From: Minutocellus sp. GHC0000111
Lineage: Eukaryota
Length of the DNA stretch: 64,000 bases
Assembly (NCBI GenBank): GCA_977018835.1
Contig: OZ361257.1
Coordinates: 5,208,001 to 5,272,000, forward strand
Direction of reading: 5' to 3'
The position numbers and the translations under genes were made by a program. The notes under the pieces are model-generated. The model ran no database searches. It saw only the letters and a program-made list of their open reading frames with translations, and had not been told where the DNA came from. Below, piece by piece: positions 13,000-25,398 of this stretch; position 1 is the first letter of the stretch, and every line of letters starts with the position of its first letter.

Positions 13000-13069
13000 T
13001 ACCTTCCTACCGACCGGTACACATTGTTTATTACACTGTAGATCTACATGTACGTAGAGACGCCGCCTA

Positions 13070-13266
13070 CAGTCACTTCCGTTCTCACCTATAAGCAATT
13101 GAGTCTCGGGCCCGAGGTCTCAAATTGCTTATTTTGGAATAAGGAATAACATGCGAGTGAGGTACCAATTAGATCTACCAGCTCTTAGAATGAGCAATAT
13201 GCTCAGAATCTCAGCCCTCACCTAAGCAATTACCAATTGCTTATACATGTAGGAGAGAATGGACTT
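13070..13266. mobile_element. Short CAGTC-family MITE
   Basis: ta|cagtc..ccgttctcacctataagcaatt ... aattgcttata(catgta)ggagagaatggact. Confidence 0.7.
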
Positions 13267-13293
13267 TATGTACATAATATATCTAGACTTTTA

Positions 13294-13774
13294 AAGTCTG
13301 TTATCACCATAATAATATATGAGCACATTCAATGTGCTTAGTTGAGACCTCAGCTTTGGTCTTCTCCTAAGCACATTGAGACCAAACGCTGAGGCAATGT
13401 GCTTATTTTTCTTGCTGTTTCAGCATTTGATGATGTGCCACGTACCGGTAGCCTCGAAACCACCGGAAAGGAAGAACCATGGCCATGAAATATTGATTTG
13501 GAACGGGCAAATGAATTGCTGTGGGCCAAGAAAATTACAATAGAACCAATGTAGAATTCTATCACTTGCTGCATGCATTCCCATGCTCTTGGGAGACTTC
13601 CTAAGGTGCGTTGGATTCCATCTATTTTGCGAGCTGCAAGATTTATCATCTGCCACGTCATTGTTGAATACATGTAAGCATGTGCTCAACCCAGACCCAA
13701 AGAATATATAACGGTCATAAGCACATCGAGACCTTGTCTCAAATTCCTTTGTGCTTATAGGTGAGAACAGACTG
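13294..13774. mobile_element. CAGTC-family MITE
   Basis: agtctgttatcacc ... ggtgagaacagactg|ta; gagacctcag motifs. Confidence 0.72.
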
Positions 13775-14441
13775 TAGATATAGCTAGATCTAGATCTACC
13801 GGTACATGTACAGTCCGGACTGTAGATCTACCGGTACCGGTACATTCGCGCACAACATGCAAACAGTCGCTCTGCCGCAGTCAGCAAATGGTGACCCGAA
13901 AGCTCATCATTCAATGACATTAATACATGTAGTTTCACTCAATACATGTAGGCATTCAAAAGTTTAGTTGAGACTCCTCTTTGGAGATTCAATCCATGTA
14001 AGTGCCCATGTCGACCAAAGGTGCTCTACTTTTGCCCTACGTGAAAGATGCCCTACGGTGCCGGCATGCGTTCAAAGTGTGGCTTCTACATGTACCGGTA
14101 CCCTACGTTGGGATGGTTTCGGAGCTGCGCACATGTGCATGTAATGCATCACCAGATGCCGAAGAATAGCGAGACAAGAGCACATTACCACAGATTGTGT
14201 TCTCGATGCACTTTGACTTGAAGAAGTCAAAGTCTAACCAAAGCCCACTGAATTCATTTAAAGAGGTAAGAAGAGACTGTTGTACCGGAACGGCGGAACG
14301 GTAAGCATGTTTTGTTTGACTGGCGTTGATAACATGGATGTACCGGTGCGGCAGATCTAAATCGAGTCTAGCTAGTCTAGAGCTAGATGCTACCGTTGTA
14401 CCTGTAGAGAGACACTGTAGCGAGATTGTCTACTACATGTA

Positions 14442-17400
14442 CTACTTCTTGCTGTTCCCCCCTCGACCAGCGCTGGACCCACCTCCATGAGAACGGCACA
14501 GTTGTAGCTTTCCAATGGCGACACGATTGCAGCCCTCTAACTTGCAGCGAACTCCTCCCCCATGCGCGGCGCAGTACAGAGTCTTTCCACGGGCGACCTT
14601 GGTACAACTACCGTGTGCGCATTTCTTCCCGCCACCATGCTTGACGCAAAATTTGGTCGATGACTGGGCGGACTTGTCACAACCCTGGACAGCGCATCGC
14701 CGACCGCCACCATGGCTGGTGCAAAGGTTCGACCCACCCACGGCCGACTTGGTACAGCCCGGGTGGGTACAGCGTTTGCCCCCTCCGTGGGCGGCACAGA
14801 AAAATTTATCCCGGGCGCCCTTGTCGCAACCGGGGAAGGTGCATCGTCGACCTCCTCCATGAGCGATGCAGAATCTTGTGGCGCCCTGGGCACACTTGGT
14901 ACAACCGTCACGCTCACAAAGCCGATTGCCACTATGTTTGACACAATAAGGACGACGTGAGACGACAAAGTTGTTGCATCCCTGAATACGACAAGGCTTC
15001 CCTCCGCTACCCTGTCCCTTGGAGACTGTTGTTGCAAATGAAGGAAGTGGGGATTCCATTGTCGTTGAGGATGCGACCTGGTCATTGACTGGAAAACAGT
15101 ACTGTGGTTCGTATGATGGTTCTCCGAAAGAATAAATTTCATCGGGCGCAGCTCCTGGCATCGACTCCGCCGCTCCCCTCAGGTCCGTATCACTCCAAGA
15201 AGGCATTGCCATTTGCTGCTCCCTTCGGTCTCGTTTCGCTTCTGTTCTTGCTGCCTGTTGTGCCATGGCATTGAAAGCTCTGATATTTTCCATTGCAACT
15301 TGAGGATCCTCCCTTGGAGGTTGATGCACACCGGTGGTCACCTCATCATACCCTGAGTTAGGTAAAGTGTCTGGTGGCGAATATGCGTCTGTCAGAGAAT
15401 TGCTAAGGTGTGCTCTCTTTGTCCCCTCGCGATTCGTTGCCACTGCCTGGTGCGACGACCATAATACTGCGTTGTCGATTGATCTCACTGCCTCTTGGAC
15501 TTGGGTCTTCATGGCCAACACCCTCTGCTGATCTAAGGTCGGTGCTGAATTCGCGCCATTCGCCGACGGCATAAAATGATCTGGAAGTGTGGGGGCAGGA
15601 GCTAGTCCGACGACCGAGGGCTTCGAAGGATGCGATGGATTCGATCGTTCTGTATATGACTCGTGATCTTCAATATCACCAGGCACTTGTAGTGCCTCCA
15701 ACTGCAGAGCAAGGGAAGACTTTCTTCCGTGGTGGGCCGCGTCAGTAGTTCCTGTGGACGCAACACCCGAATTTTGCTGCGTCAGGTCAGAGGAGTCGCG
15801 GGGGCGCTTTTTGGAAAGAAAAGCCTTTTGCATCTCAACATCGGCGGCCATTTCGCCAAGATCAGCTGGCGCCACGTCGTTCCAGAGTCTCCTCCCGACA
15901 CTTTCGTGTGGATCAACTCGGTCGAGTCCGTCCCAAAGCAATCGCAACGCTTGCTGGACGAATTTCAAAACAAATGGCACCGAGACAGATCGTACCAGAG
16001 AGTAGCAGCATATGACGCAAGATGGGGTAATACTGCCAGAATCTTTGATTGGTATGGCAAGAGCTGTAAGGATTTTGGCATATTCAAATGCACTCGCTCG
16101 ATCGGTATCGACGAACACGGCCTTGTTTGTCGTCCATACTGGATTTGCAGAGCCAAACGCCCGTCCTACGGCACCAGACCAAATCTTAATCGTGCTGTCC
16201 CCCGAAATTCTTTTAAAATAGTTGAGACCTTCGTTTGTATCAATCGTTGAGACGCTCGTGACATGGAAAAGAGACCCATGGTCATCTCCACCACTACCGG
16301 TACTTGGGATCCACACATCGGCAACATCAAAGACAGACATGCCAAGGAATGCCGTCAAGAATTCTTGCAATCGATACCTACGGCGTTCATCCATCAATGG
16401 TTTGCCCAGTACTAGCGTTGACGAGGAAATGGTTCGAGACGACTTGATCGCTACACTGTTTTTGCTCCCCTGAACAGAACGAAGTGTCTCTCCGGAACCA
16501 ACTTTGCTCGGAGACAGGCCCAAGTATCCTGTTCTGGCCATAGCGGTCGCCGTTTCTGTTATCGATGGATCTGTTGGTGGCGATCCCATGACTGTTGACC
16601 ACACGCCATACGAAGCTTCATCAAACGCATCCTCTGCTACTGGCGACAGAGGCCGGGGGGCGCCGCTGGGACGACCGTTTTCGGTGACGCCACTGCCACA
16701 CATGCTGCTATTCGGTGAGCTTCCAAGTTCAGCAAAGGACGGAAGCATTGGGATACCATAGCAATCTCGCGGAGCTGAAGTCACTTCGTGAACGTTATGA
16801 ACTTCCGCCTCATCTTCCCCGGCTTCATCAAGAGAGACAAATCGTGCCTTGACGCCATGGCCAAAGTCCTGTGCTTCACTTTTATGGTGATACTGCTTTC
16901 CTTCAACTCGCATATTGCGACTATTGGTATCATCTTCATTCGAATGCCAATCCGACAAAGCTGTGGAATTTCTGCTCATCGGATTCCCCTCAGTTGCACC
17001 GGAAGGAACGGCGTTTGTGCCTGTGCCGGTGGCAGCAGATGCGTGTACTGGGGCTACCGGTCCCATTAGACGATTTCCCTCCTCCATAACGGGAAGTAGA
17101 CAGGGGATGCTAGAACTCACTGCACTCTTCCCAATCGCCTGCAGATACTCGACGGCATCATCACTACTCTGAACATTGTTAGGACTGAACATGACCACTA
17201 TGCACATATTTCCCTCATCGTCCATGGCGACGGGCATACCGACCGCAGTCTGAAGCTTCATGTCGGACCGACCGATCAGTCCTCCCGATTCGGAACAGTT
17301 GGCCCAAACCACCTCGGCACTGTCAGATATGGCATCAACGAGCCGAGGAGACAGAACGTGCTTCTCGAGCTCGGCTGGAGAGAGGATGGAGTTGCCACGC

Positions 17401-18087
17401 GCGAGGGGCTTGAAGCCGTCCATGTCCATCGAAGCACTACTATTGCCGTCGAGGCTTGCTGCAAAGGCGCCATGTCCTTGATCATCGCCGCTCGCAGCGC
17501 TAGGTCTCGCATTGATATTGCCAGCAGCAAAGGCTGCTCGCTCAGCTTCGATCCGACGACGCTCGGAGGGAGGAAGGACCAGCTCGGACCGCCGATCGTC
17601 AAAAGACTTTGAGGTGTACAGCTGCAAGAACTTGATCTTCTTTTTCGGTTTTGTCGGTTTGTCCGCGTTGGTAGAGCTCGAAACAGCTGCGCCGGTATTC
17701 CCTTCTCCATCACTGGAAGACTCTTCTGCTTCTAAGAGACGTACACATGCAGATAACGGCAGACAGTGTAATATTGAGGATTCGGGATGCGGCCAGGTGA
17801 GTGAGAGAGAGAGAGAGAGAGAGAGAGGATCTTTCTGTGAGTTACACTTCTGCATTTTTATACATGTATGTGAAGGAGAGACGGCAAAACCCGGGGCCAA
17901 CTACACGCAGTCGATATATTTACATTTTCTACAGCTTGTTGTTGGCGTTTTCCCATGCATATCACGTACCGATCTGGGCTACCGTCGAGCTCCCCGCCTC
18001 GTTGGAGGTGAACCAAACTTCCCCAATATCGAAACCAAGCCCGGCGCAGGCCACTTGCAGATAGGCGCGGACACGCTCGGGGTCCAT
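14442..18087 (-). CDS. Protein with two GAF-like segments and C-terminal C-x4-C...C-x2-HGGG zinc-finger repeats (WRKY19-type)
   Basis: Exon 1 MDPERVRAYLQVACAGLGFDIGEVW; intron 17732-17969. Second GAF-like block FDVADVWIP...GAVGRAFGSANPVW. About 7 tandem Cys/His repeats, most ending HGGG. Confidence 0.8.
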
Positions 18088-18486
18088 CGTCTCTGCTGGC
18101 TCCCTCTCACTGCCACATGTACCTGCAGGGCTGACGGCTGGGTTGAGCGGCACGAGACTTCTACGTGCGGCCGCGCGGCACTTTCAAATGTTCCGCCACT
18201 CGAGCGGAAGATTGCTGCGCTATAGCAAGAATGACTCACTCGACTGAAAGCGAGCACGATATGTGGAGCGAGAGTAGCGAGAGCCACTCATTTTCATTTG
18301 CACCAAGAGTCGAGTCGTTTTGGTGTAATACCATTGATTGGTAAGCAGGGCCTCGAGAAAGTGAATCTCCTTCCGGCGCGCCTTCACACCGCCTTCGACA
18401 GTGCTGTCTTTGTCGCAAATACATCTAATAGCGGCAGCTCGAAAGAGATAAAGTCAATAGCTGGCATTAGAATCACTCCAATAACC

Positions 18487-19563
18487 ATGCCCACTATTAC
18501 AAAGAAGCGTAAGTCGAGATCAGGCAGCTCTCTCTTTGATGCATTGTCTACGCTCGAGAAGCTTGAGAATGACGACATGCAAGCCGCCAAAAGCCGCCGA
18601 AGGGCCTCGACCGCGTCTGCAAGCAAGTCCCTCGCCGCTCAGGCGCAGACCGCAGTAGCGGGAGAGCTGATCCAGTGCCGCATATTGCTCCAAAGAGCCT
18701 TGCAAACAACTGTCAGTGAAATGTCCGAGGGCGCACATGGTGAGGGTGTCGATGCAAATGAGAAAAAAGAGGAGGAACCCAGAGACACTGGCGGCAATGA
18801 CGATGGAATCACCCCCATCAAATCGGCCGATCACTTGCTCATTAAGCTTCTAGAAGCTAGGAACAAACTCACCAAGCTCTCGAACGTCGAAGCCGAAAGA
18901 CCGAGTTATGGTAGCGGTCTAGTTGGCGCCACGAAATCATCTAACGACAGCGATGCGCATCAGTGTCCGCCTCTGGACCACATCTTGAAATCGGAGTATG
19001 ATGGTTGCCGCTCCGAATGGAAGGATACGTTCAACCGCCGACACCACGATCTTCGCCTCCATGCTGGACTCACGGCAAAGGCAGCGTCGAAATTCCGCGT
19101 TATCGACCAAAGCTTCTGGGATCAGGTTGAAAGTGCCGTTTCTCACGAGAGACTTATACAAAAGGAGGGAAGCAGCAATCGTGATGGGAAGCTCATGTTT
19201 GATCATCCGATGACATACATGTACGACGATTCGAAAATATACCAGCACATGCTTCGCGACTTTGTTGCTTTGGGCGCCTCGGGAGGAGGATCAAGTGGTA
19301 ATCCCAGCCTTGCGGCAGATGCCGCCGCAGAACGGTTGCGCAGGGCAGCTCAAAAAAAGAAGGGACAGAGTGCGAAAGATATCGATCGGAAGGCGAGCAA
19401 GGGGCGGAAAATCCGCTATACAGTAAACCCAAAGCTAGAGAACTTCACGTTTCCCGTGTCGAGGCCAGTTCCTTCCATTGGAGAAGACGACTGGTTTCGA
19501 AGTCTCTTTGGTGGGGCAGGGATCAGAAAGACAACAGAGAGCGCAAGGAGTGCTCGTCGGTAG
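18487..19563 (+). CDS. BFR2: AATF/Bfr2 ribosome-biogenesis factor
   Basis: RILLQRAL, YDDSKIYQHMLRDF and the C-terminal DRKASKGRKIRY...PKLENF motif of the AATF/Traube family. Confidence 0.88.
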   Translation: MPTITKKRKSRSGSSLFDALSTLEKLENDDMQAAKSRRRASTASASKSLAAQAQTAVAGELIQCRILLQRALQTTVSEMSEGAHGEGVDANEKKEEEPRDTGGNDDGITPIKSADHLLIKLLEARNKLTKLSNVEAERPSYGSGLVGATKSSNDSDAHQCPPLDHILKSEYDGCRSEWKDTFNRRHHDLRLHAGLTAKAASKFRVIDQSFWDQVESAVSHERLIQKEGSSNRDGKLMFDHPMTYMYDDSKIYQHMLRDFVALGASGGGSSGNPSLAADAAAERLRRAAQKKKGQSAKDIDRKASKGRKIRYTVNPKLENFTFPVSRPVPSIGEDDWFRSLFGGAGIRKTTESARSARR

Positions 19564-20320
19564 TCTCAAAAATTGTCTGCACAGATCATAGAGTCAATGT
19601 ACACGTGTGCAGATAGGATCAATAAGTTTGAGCCAATTCACTGATGGTTTGCCAATCTTATTCGTAGTGATTCTCTGGCCACTCCTACATGTAGCTAAGA
19701 TACTCGGAATTGCTCATAGTAACCATATTCTAGAATTCTCTACTCGAACGACGGGTGGAAAGCCTATCTCTTTCAGGACACTACGAACTCGAATGACGGG
19801 CTGGAAAAACCATCTCCCTCAGGACATCAGCCAGTCCCAAAGTGAGACTTGGCATAGCGCCAGCGAGTGCACGGCGATATACCCAAGTAGGGGTGAAGAG
19901 TAACAGAATAGGCTCCACCTTTGACTTCTGTCTCAAAGAGAGGCGAATTGTACACCGCATCGTCTCTGGCTACTGCCATGCGGGCTCGAACCTTGAGAAG
20001 ATTCTGAAAGTCTTCTTTGGTCTCATTATATACGCACCATACCAATACCCAGTGGCTTGTAGACTACCCAAAATAGGGATGAGAGTAGGCCAAAGCGAAG
20101 GTCTCAGTATCGTTATTGGGAATCCTACACATGTGGCTCTATTCTGACCTACATGTACATTCAGATCTACGTAGCTAGATCTCTCTATTATGGATATGGA
20201 TGTGTGCAGGACTTGATTGACTTTGTACCGATACACATGTAGATCTAGACTAGATCTACATACATGTAGATTCTAGTTCTAGATCTACTTTCTTCACTTC
20301 TCATCGCCTGATTAGATCTA

Positions 20321-20859
20321 CAGTCCGTCCCCGATGATAAGCATATTTGATATGCTTGTTTGGGACCTCGAATTTTAGCTGCTGATAAGCATAAGCAGAC
20401 CTCAGCTTTAGCGTCATGCTTATTTTTCTCTCATGGCAGGCCCTCAGACGTAACAGTCAGGCCCTCCTCAGTTGTCTTTTTCTTTGAATGGGGCTGGAAC
20501 GCGGTGTCGTTCATTCCAGGACTTTGGCGGGGATGCTCTATCTATCTTTCCAAGGAGAACTTTGAGAAGCTTCGTTATGGTGAGGAAGAGGCTTCTCTGC
20601 CGGGTTGAAGGCTTGGTGTGTAGTCAAGCTGGAATAAGGCTGGTCTTGCGGTCTGGAGAGGTTTCACATTGTTTGCGCGAGTAATCCGGGTAGATCTAAT
20701 GCTGCTTCCTCTCCTTAGACCTTATTTTTGCTACTTGGTATCGCCACGTCATCATCAAATAAGCATATGCTTAGGTGAGACCTCAGATTTTGCCTTTCCA
20801 TATAAGCATTTTGAGACCTCAGCCCCAGAATGGATATGCTTATCATCGGGGACGGACTG
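20321..20859. mobile_element. CAGTC-family MITE, TA TSD
   Basis: Perfect TIR CAGTCCGTCCCCGATGATAAGCATAT, TA on both sides. Confidence 0.93.
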
Positions 20860-20934
20860 TATAGATCTAGTAGATCTACATGTACCGGTATGTCGATCTT
20901 ATATAGATCTACATACACATAGAGTCTACATGTA

Positions 20935-21403
20935 GAGTAAATAGAAAATGCTACAAGCACACGAGCATTCATTCGTCGAATCGTCGCAAATGGCACGGTT
21001 TTGGATAGCTCTTGATGAGTAGATCAAGAGAAAATTTTGAACTGCGGAAAAATTCCATGTCGATGAGAGTTTTGCAGTGCTTCGATTTTTCGGCATCGCC
21101 GGACGATTTCTAAAACTGCCCAATTAAGAAATACTAACTTCACCGTGTAAAAGCATTGCTAGTAGAAGCTAGTAGGTATACTGAACTTACAAAGACGCAC
21201 ATAACTTTCCCCCCAGTCCTCAGATTTCCAAAAACTCACCGGATTTGAGCTCCTCTCAACGAGCTGAATCCAGCGAGCTATCAAACGCCCCCCAGAAAAA
21301 TATTTCGATAACTGCACTTTTTTACTAGAGTAGAAGCATGGGAGGGAGGGCTCTGGACACCCCATTTCTTAATCGCACCCATTTCTTAACATGGCATTTA
21401 CTC
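20935..21403. mobile_element. Probable TA-flanked MITE with GAGTAAAT termini
   Basis: ta|gagtaaat ... atttactc|ta; same terminus as 47495-47864; only 8 bp of TIR match. Confidence 0.55.
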
Positions 21404-21485
21404 TAAACGTCCACTAGATCTAGATCTAATAAAAAGCGATTCGTTTATTAGAGATCTATGCATAAAACCTACTACATGCAACAGC

Positions 21486-22507
21486 CAATGCGCTGACTGT
21501 GCCTCTCCTTTCTGTGAGCTGACAACCTCTCACCTAGCTTAGTAGCTAAGACAGTCGAGCGCCCAGAGAACAACAGAACTTCATCGGGATTTCTTTTCTC
21601 GTGCACCTTCTGTCCCTCCGGTCCAGAGAATTTCGGGTGGTTGTCCTCCTTTTTACGCAACCTGTGAGCACAAACATAAAGCGCCCTGCGTCTTGTCTTC
21701 CCTCTCGGCCGACACGTCGACAAGTGCAACTTCAAACTACAATGCTCCTTGAGATGTTGCTGCACATCCTTCCATTTTTCCTCGTTGCACTGTAGCTCAT
21801 GCTTTCCTCCACCGACGGACTTGGAACGCAACAAGTCGGCCTCGATGAAAGCAGGGAGGACGTCTTCCCATTTCTGCCGAGAACCAACACAAATGTCATC
21901 TTTGCCGCAGGAATCGGGGGTTACTCTCCACCACAGATCCTTACCAGCCCTTCGAATGACATCTGCTGCAAGGAGAAAGGCCATGGGGATAGGAGGAGGG
22001 GCCGTCCTCTTCTTCGCCGACGACGGTGACGGTTTGGCGGGCGAATTTGACCGTGGCCGCTTCTTCGACGTGTTTGCGCTCGGCGATGGTGTTTTCGGCT
22101 CAGCTGCCGCCTTTGCCGCCTTCCTGGATGCCTTGGTGTTGCCTCTCTTGCTCCCTGAGAACGAAGTTCTGCTGCGTTTGTATTTTTTGGGCGTGGTCTG
22201 GTTGGTCGTCGTCATCGTCACAAAATTTGCGGGTTGCGGTGAGGGTGTGCGGGGGACCAAAAAACACATGTGTTCCTGCCAGAATCTACTGGACCTGCGA
22301 ATTCAGTGGATGCTACTGCTGGTCGGTGGCAACCTACTGAATGAGCAGGTCCAGTAGTAGATATCCACGAGTTGAGGAGCATTTGCGTTCCTCCCGAAGA
22401 GAATGTCGACTAACAAAACACGTGGTGGGAAATGAGAAATGGTTGCAAGAATGACCTTTTTTTGGGGTTATTGGTATACCCTCTACAAATCCTCTGAAAC
22501 CGAAAGG
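21486..22507 (-). mobile_element. 5' fragment (about 1 kb) of the DD39D mariner at 58649-62097
   Basis: Near-identical reverse complement of 58649 to about 59663; keeps the left TIR with TA flank at 22508-22509. Confidence 0.95.
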
Positions 22508-22577
22508 TAGCCGGAGCGATGCGTCTGTCAGACCGTCCGCGTCGTCCGCGCCGCACGTTTTCGAGTTTTCGACGTTT

Positions 22578-22790
22578 TCTGCGCGCATTGCAGTATTTTG
22601 CGTGGCGTAGCCGTGCGGGGGCCGTGTTATAAAGAGAGGAGGTCCCCTCATAAGAGTCCAAGTCTCAAGGTAAAGTTAGAGATCTGTTTATGGACGTATG
22701 GCGGGAGGACTCTTAATAATGGGGCGCGCCTGTGCTTTGTGCACGGCACCGCACGGCTACGGCGAGGAAAAACCCTGCATTGCGCGCAGA
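22578..22790. repeat. Imperfect inverted repeat (about 49-bp arms, about 115-bp spacer) upstream of chorismate synthase
   Basis: tctgcgcgcattgcag...gtagccgtgcggggccgtg versus cacggcaccgcacggctac...ctgcattgcgcgcaga. Confidence 0.75.
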
Positions 22791-22970
22791 GTTTGCACGG
22801 TGTTCGTCAGCCCACGTTCGAACGTGTATGTGCCACTGTTCGTCAAATCGCGTGCCGTGCCAGCTATCATACTACGTACTGTCGTAGCTAGACTAGCTAG
22901 GTAGGTAGTGCCACGTAGCAGGACTCGATTCCTGATCTATTTTCACTCCACTCGAGACAGTGTTAGAAAA

Positions 22971-24425
22971 ATGAAGTTCCTCTTTCTTGGCAGCACAGCT
23001 GCTGCTGCTCTCATGGCATCTGCTGCAGATGCCTTCACGTTGACCATGGGGACTGGCAATACCTACGGCCGCGTCTTTAGGATTTCGACATGGGGTGAAT
23101 CTCACGGCGGAGGTGTCGGCGTGACTCTCGATGGATGCCCTCCTCGCATTCCTTTGACCCGTGAGGAAGCACAGGTTGATCTCGATCGTCGGCGTCCAGT
23201 GCAGAGCCGAATCACCACCCCAAGAAATGAAGCCGACGCGGTTGAAATTCTAAGCGGTGTGACGCCCGACGGCATCACCATCGGCACTCCCATTGGCATG
23301 CTTGTTCGGAATAAGGACCAACGATCTGGTGACTACCTTGACAATGACATGAAGGTGGCGTATCGTCCCTCGCATGCCGATGCCACCTACGATGCCAAGT
23401 ATGGGGTTCGTGCCATTGCTGGAGGAGGACGTAGTTCCGCCCGTGAGACCATCGGTCGCGTAGCTGCCGGTGCTGTGGCGAGGAATATCCTTGACAAGTG
23501 CAATGGCATCGAGGTTCTCGCTTATGTGTCCAAGGTTCAGGATATTGAGGCAACGAATATCGATCATTCCACTTTTACCATGGAGCAGGTTGATTCCAAC
23601 ATTGTTCGGTGTCCAGATGAGGCCGTGGCCGAAAAGATGCTGGAGCGGATTGATGAGATTCGAAAGAGTGGCAATTCCATTGGAGGCGTTGTTACGTGTG
23701 TGGCGAGGAATGTTCCAGCTGGTCTTGGGGCACCCGTGTTTGACAAGCTTGAGGCAGACCTAGCCAAGGCCTGCATGTCTATTCCTGCCGCCAAGGGATT
23801 TGAGTCCGGCGATGGATTCGCTGGAACTCTCCTTACAGGCAAGGATCACAATGATGAATTCTATATTGATCCCGAAACTGGGGCTACCAGGACTAAAACA
23901 AATCGATCTGGTGGTATTCAGGGTGGTATTAGCAATGGAGAAGACATTGTGGTTCATGTTGCATTCAAACCAACTTCTACTATTGGACAGGCACAGGTAC
24001 GTTGATATTTGGTTGTGTCTTCTTCCTCTCCTGCCTTGCTTCCAGCTGCTTGCTTCACAATCACAAGATTAGTGCTCCTCCCCCCGGCAATGTTTGCTCA
24101 CGAGTTTTTCTTTTTTGCATTGGCTTTTTTACAGAAAACTGTGACAAGAGATGGGCAAGAGGTGGAGCTTCGCGGAAAGGGTCGCCATGACCCTTGTGTG
24201 CTTCCCCGTGCGGTTCCCATGGTTGAGGCAATGGTTGCCATTACCCTTGTGGATCATTTGATGATGCAGCAGGCTCAGTGTGAACTTTTCCCTAATGAAG
24301 CAGCTGTAGAGGAATTGCCAAATCCAATGGGCACTACAGCGCACCGTGAAGGAGGACCTGCACAAGCAAGGGAGATGGAAGAGGTTGGAGGAGCACCAGT
24401 GAGTCAAAGGATTGATGAAGAGTAG
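22971..24425 (+). CDS. aroC: Chorismate synthase, plastid-targeted (2 exons)
   Basis: Leader ...[50 protein letters not shown]; intron 23997-24134. Confidence 0.97.
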
Positions 24426-24576
24426 ATTTTAGTTTAATCCTGAGTGAACATCTTTCTCGCAGACAGCCCTACTGCATAGCTAGATCTCTAACTAGATGCA
24501 CTGCAGTCCAGACTGCAGACAGACTCTGCCACAGCACTGCTGATGAGGCTGCTGTGGGGGGTGCATGCGTCGATGG

Positions 24577-24632
24577 ATGTCCTGGTTGTCATGTCCTGGT
24601 TGTCATGTCCTGGTTGTCATGTCCTGGTTGTC
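24577..24632. repeat. 14-bp tandem repeat ATGTCCTGGTTGTC x4
   Basis: Read directly. Confidence 0.95.
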
Positions 24633-24645
24633 ACGTTACTAGCTA

Positions 24646-25398
24646 GGAGCGGGTTTCGGTTTGAAAAAGAGAATTTCGGGCCATAAGGGCCTGATACGGA
24701 AATCCAGATTCTGAGCGATCCGCTGGAAAAAAATGAACGAGGGTTTCGCAGATCGCTCAATTCGTCCATAAAACAGATTACAGTCCGTGCACGCCTATAA
24801 GGATATTGCTTTGAGACCTGAGGTCTCAAAATCCTTATCAGTTGGGGAAATCTGAGGTCTCAGCTGGACACCCTAACCCTAACAGCAATGACGTGGCGAC
24901 ACCATGCAGCAGCAAAAGAACGTCTAAGGAGAGGAATAACCAAAGAGTAAGCAAAGGTACAAACCTCTCCAAAAAACTGCCAATAGTCTATCCAAGCTTC
25001 ATGAGGCACCAAGACTTTTAGCCCAGCCTCAAATCTCGTCGCCACCGTTGTAATTAAGAAGCTTCTCACAATCCTCCTGCGAAAGATAGGAGGTGTCTTC
25101 CCCCCACCAAAGTCTTGGAGGCTTGGAGGATGTAGCCTCTTCTTCTCTGAGGGCCTGTCATGAGAGAAAAATAACGATGCTGGCAAAGCTGAGGTCCAAT
25201 TATCCTTATCAGGGGCAAAAAACTATGAGGTCTCAAACCAGGATTTCACAGGCGTGCTTGGACTGTAGGGTGTTTGTTGGCCTCGTTTATTTTTTTTCGG
25301 AGATTCTGGTCAGGATTTGGGTCCAAGTGCAAAATTTGAGGCAAAAATTACGGACCAAAAATAAAAAAAATACTCTTTTTCACAACCGAACCCACACC
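24646..25398. mobile_element. TA-flanked MITE with GG...CC termini hosting a nested CAGTC MITE
   Basis: ta|ggagcgggtttcggtttgaaaaagag ... ctctttttcacaaccgaacccacacc|ta. Confidence 0.75.
24781..25265. mobile_element. CAGTC-family MITE (nested, mutated)
   Basis: ta|cagtccgtgcacgcct ... aggcgtgcttggactg|ta; interior aligns inverted to 12538-12999 and 20321-20859. Confidence 0.85.

Noticed and set aside
19800..20150. Short minus-strand ORFs that look coding-like
   Set aside because: Interrupted by stops and with no identifiable family; cannot be supported.
22971..24425. Bacterial contamination or recent horizontal transfer of aroC (and fabI)
   Set aside because: Both have spliceosomal intron signals and diatom-type plastid leaders.
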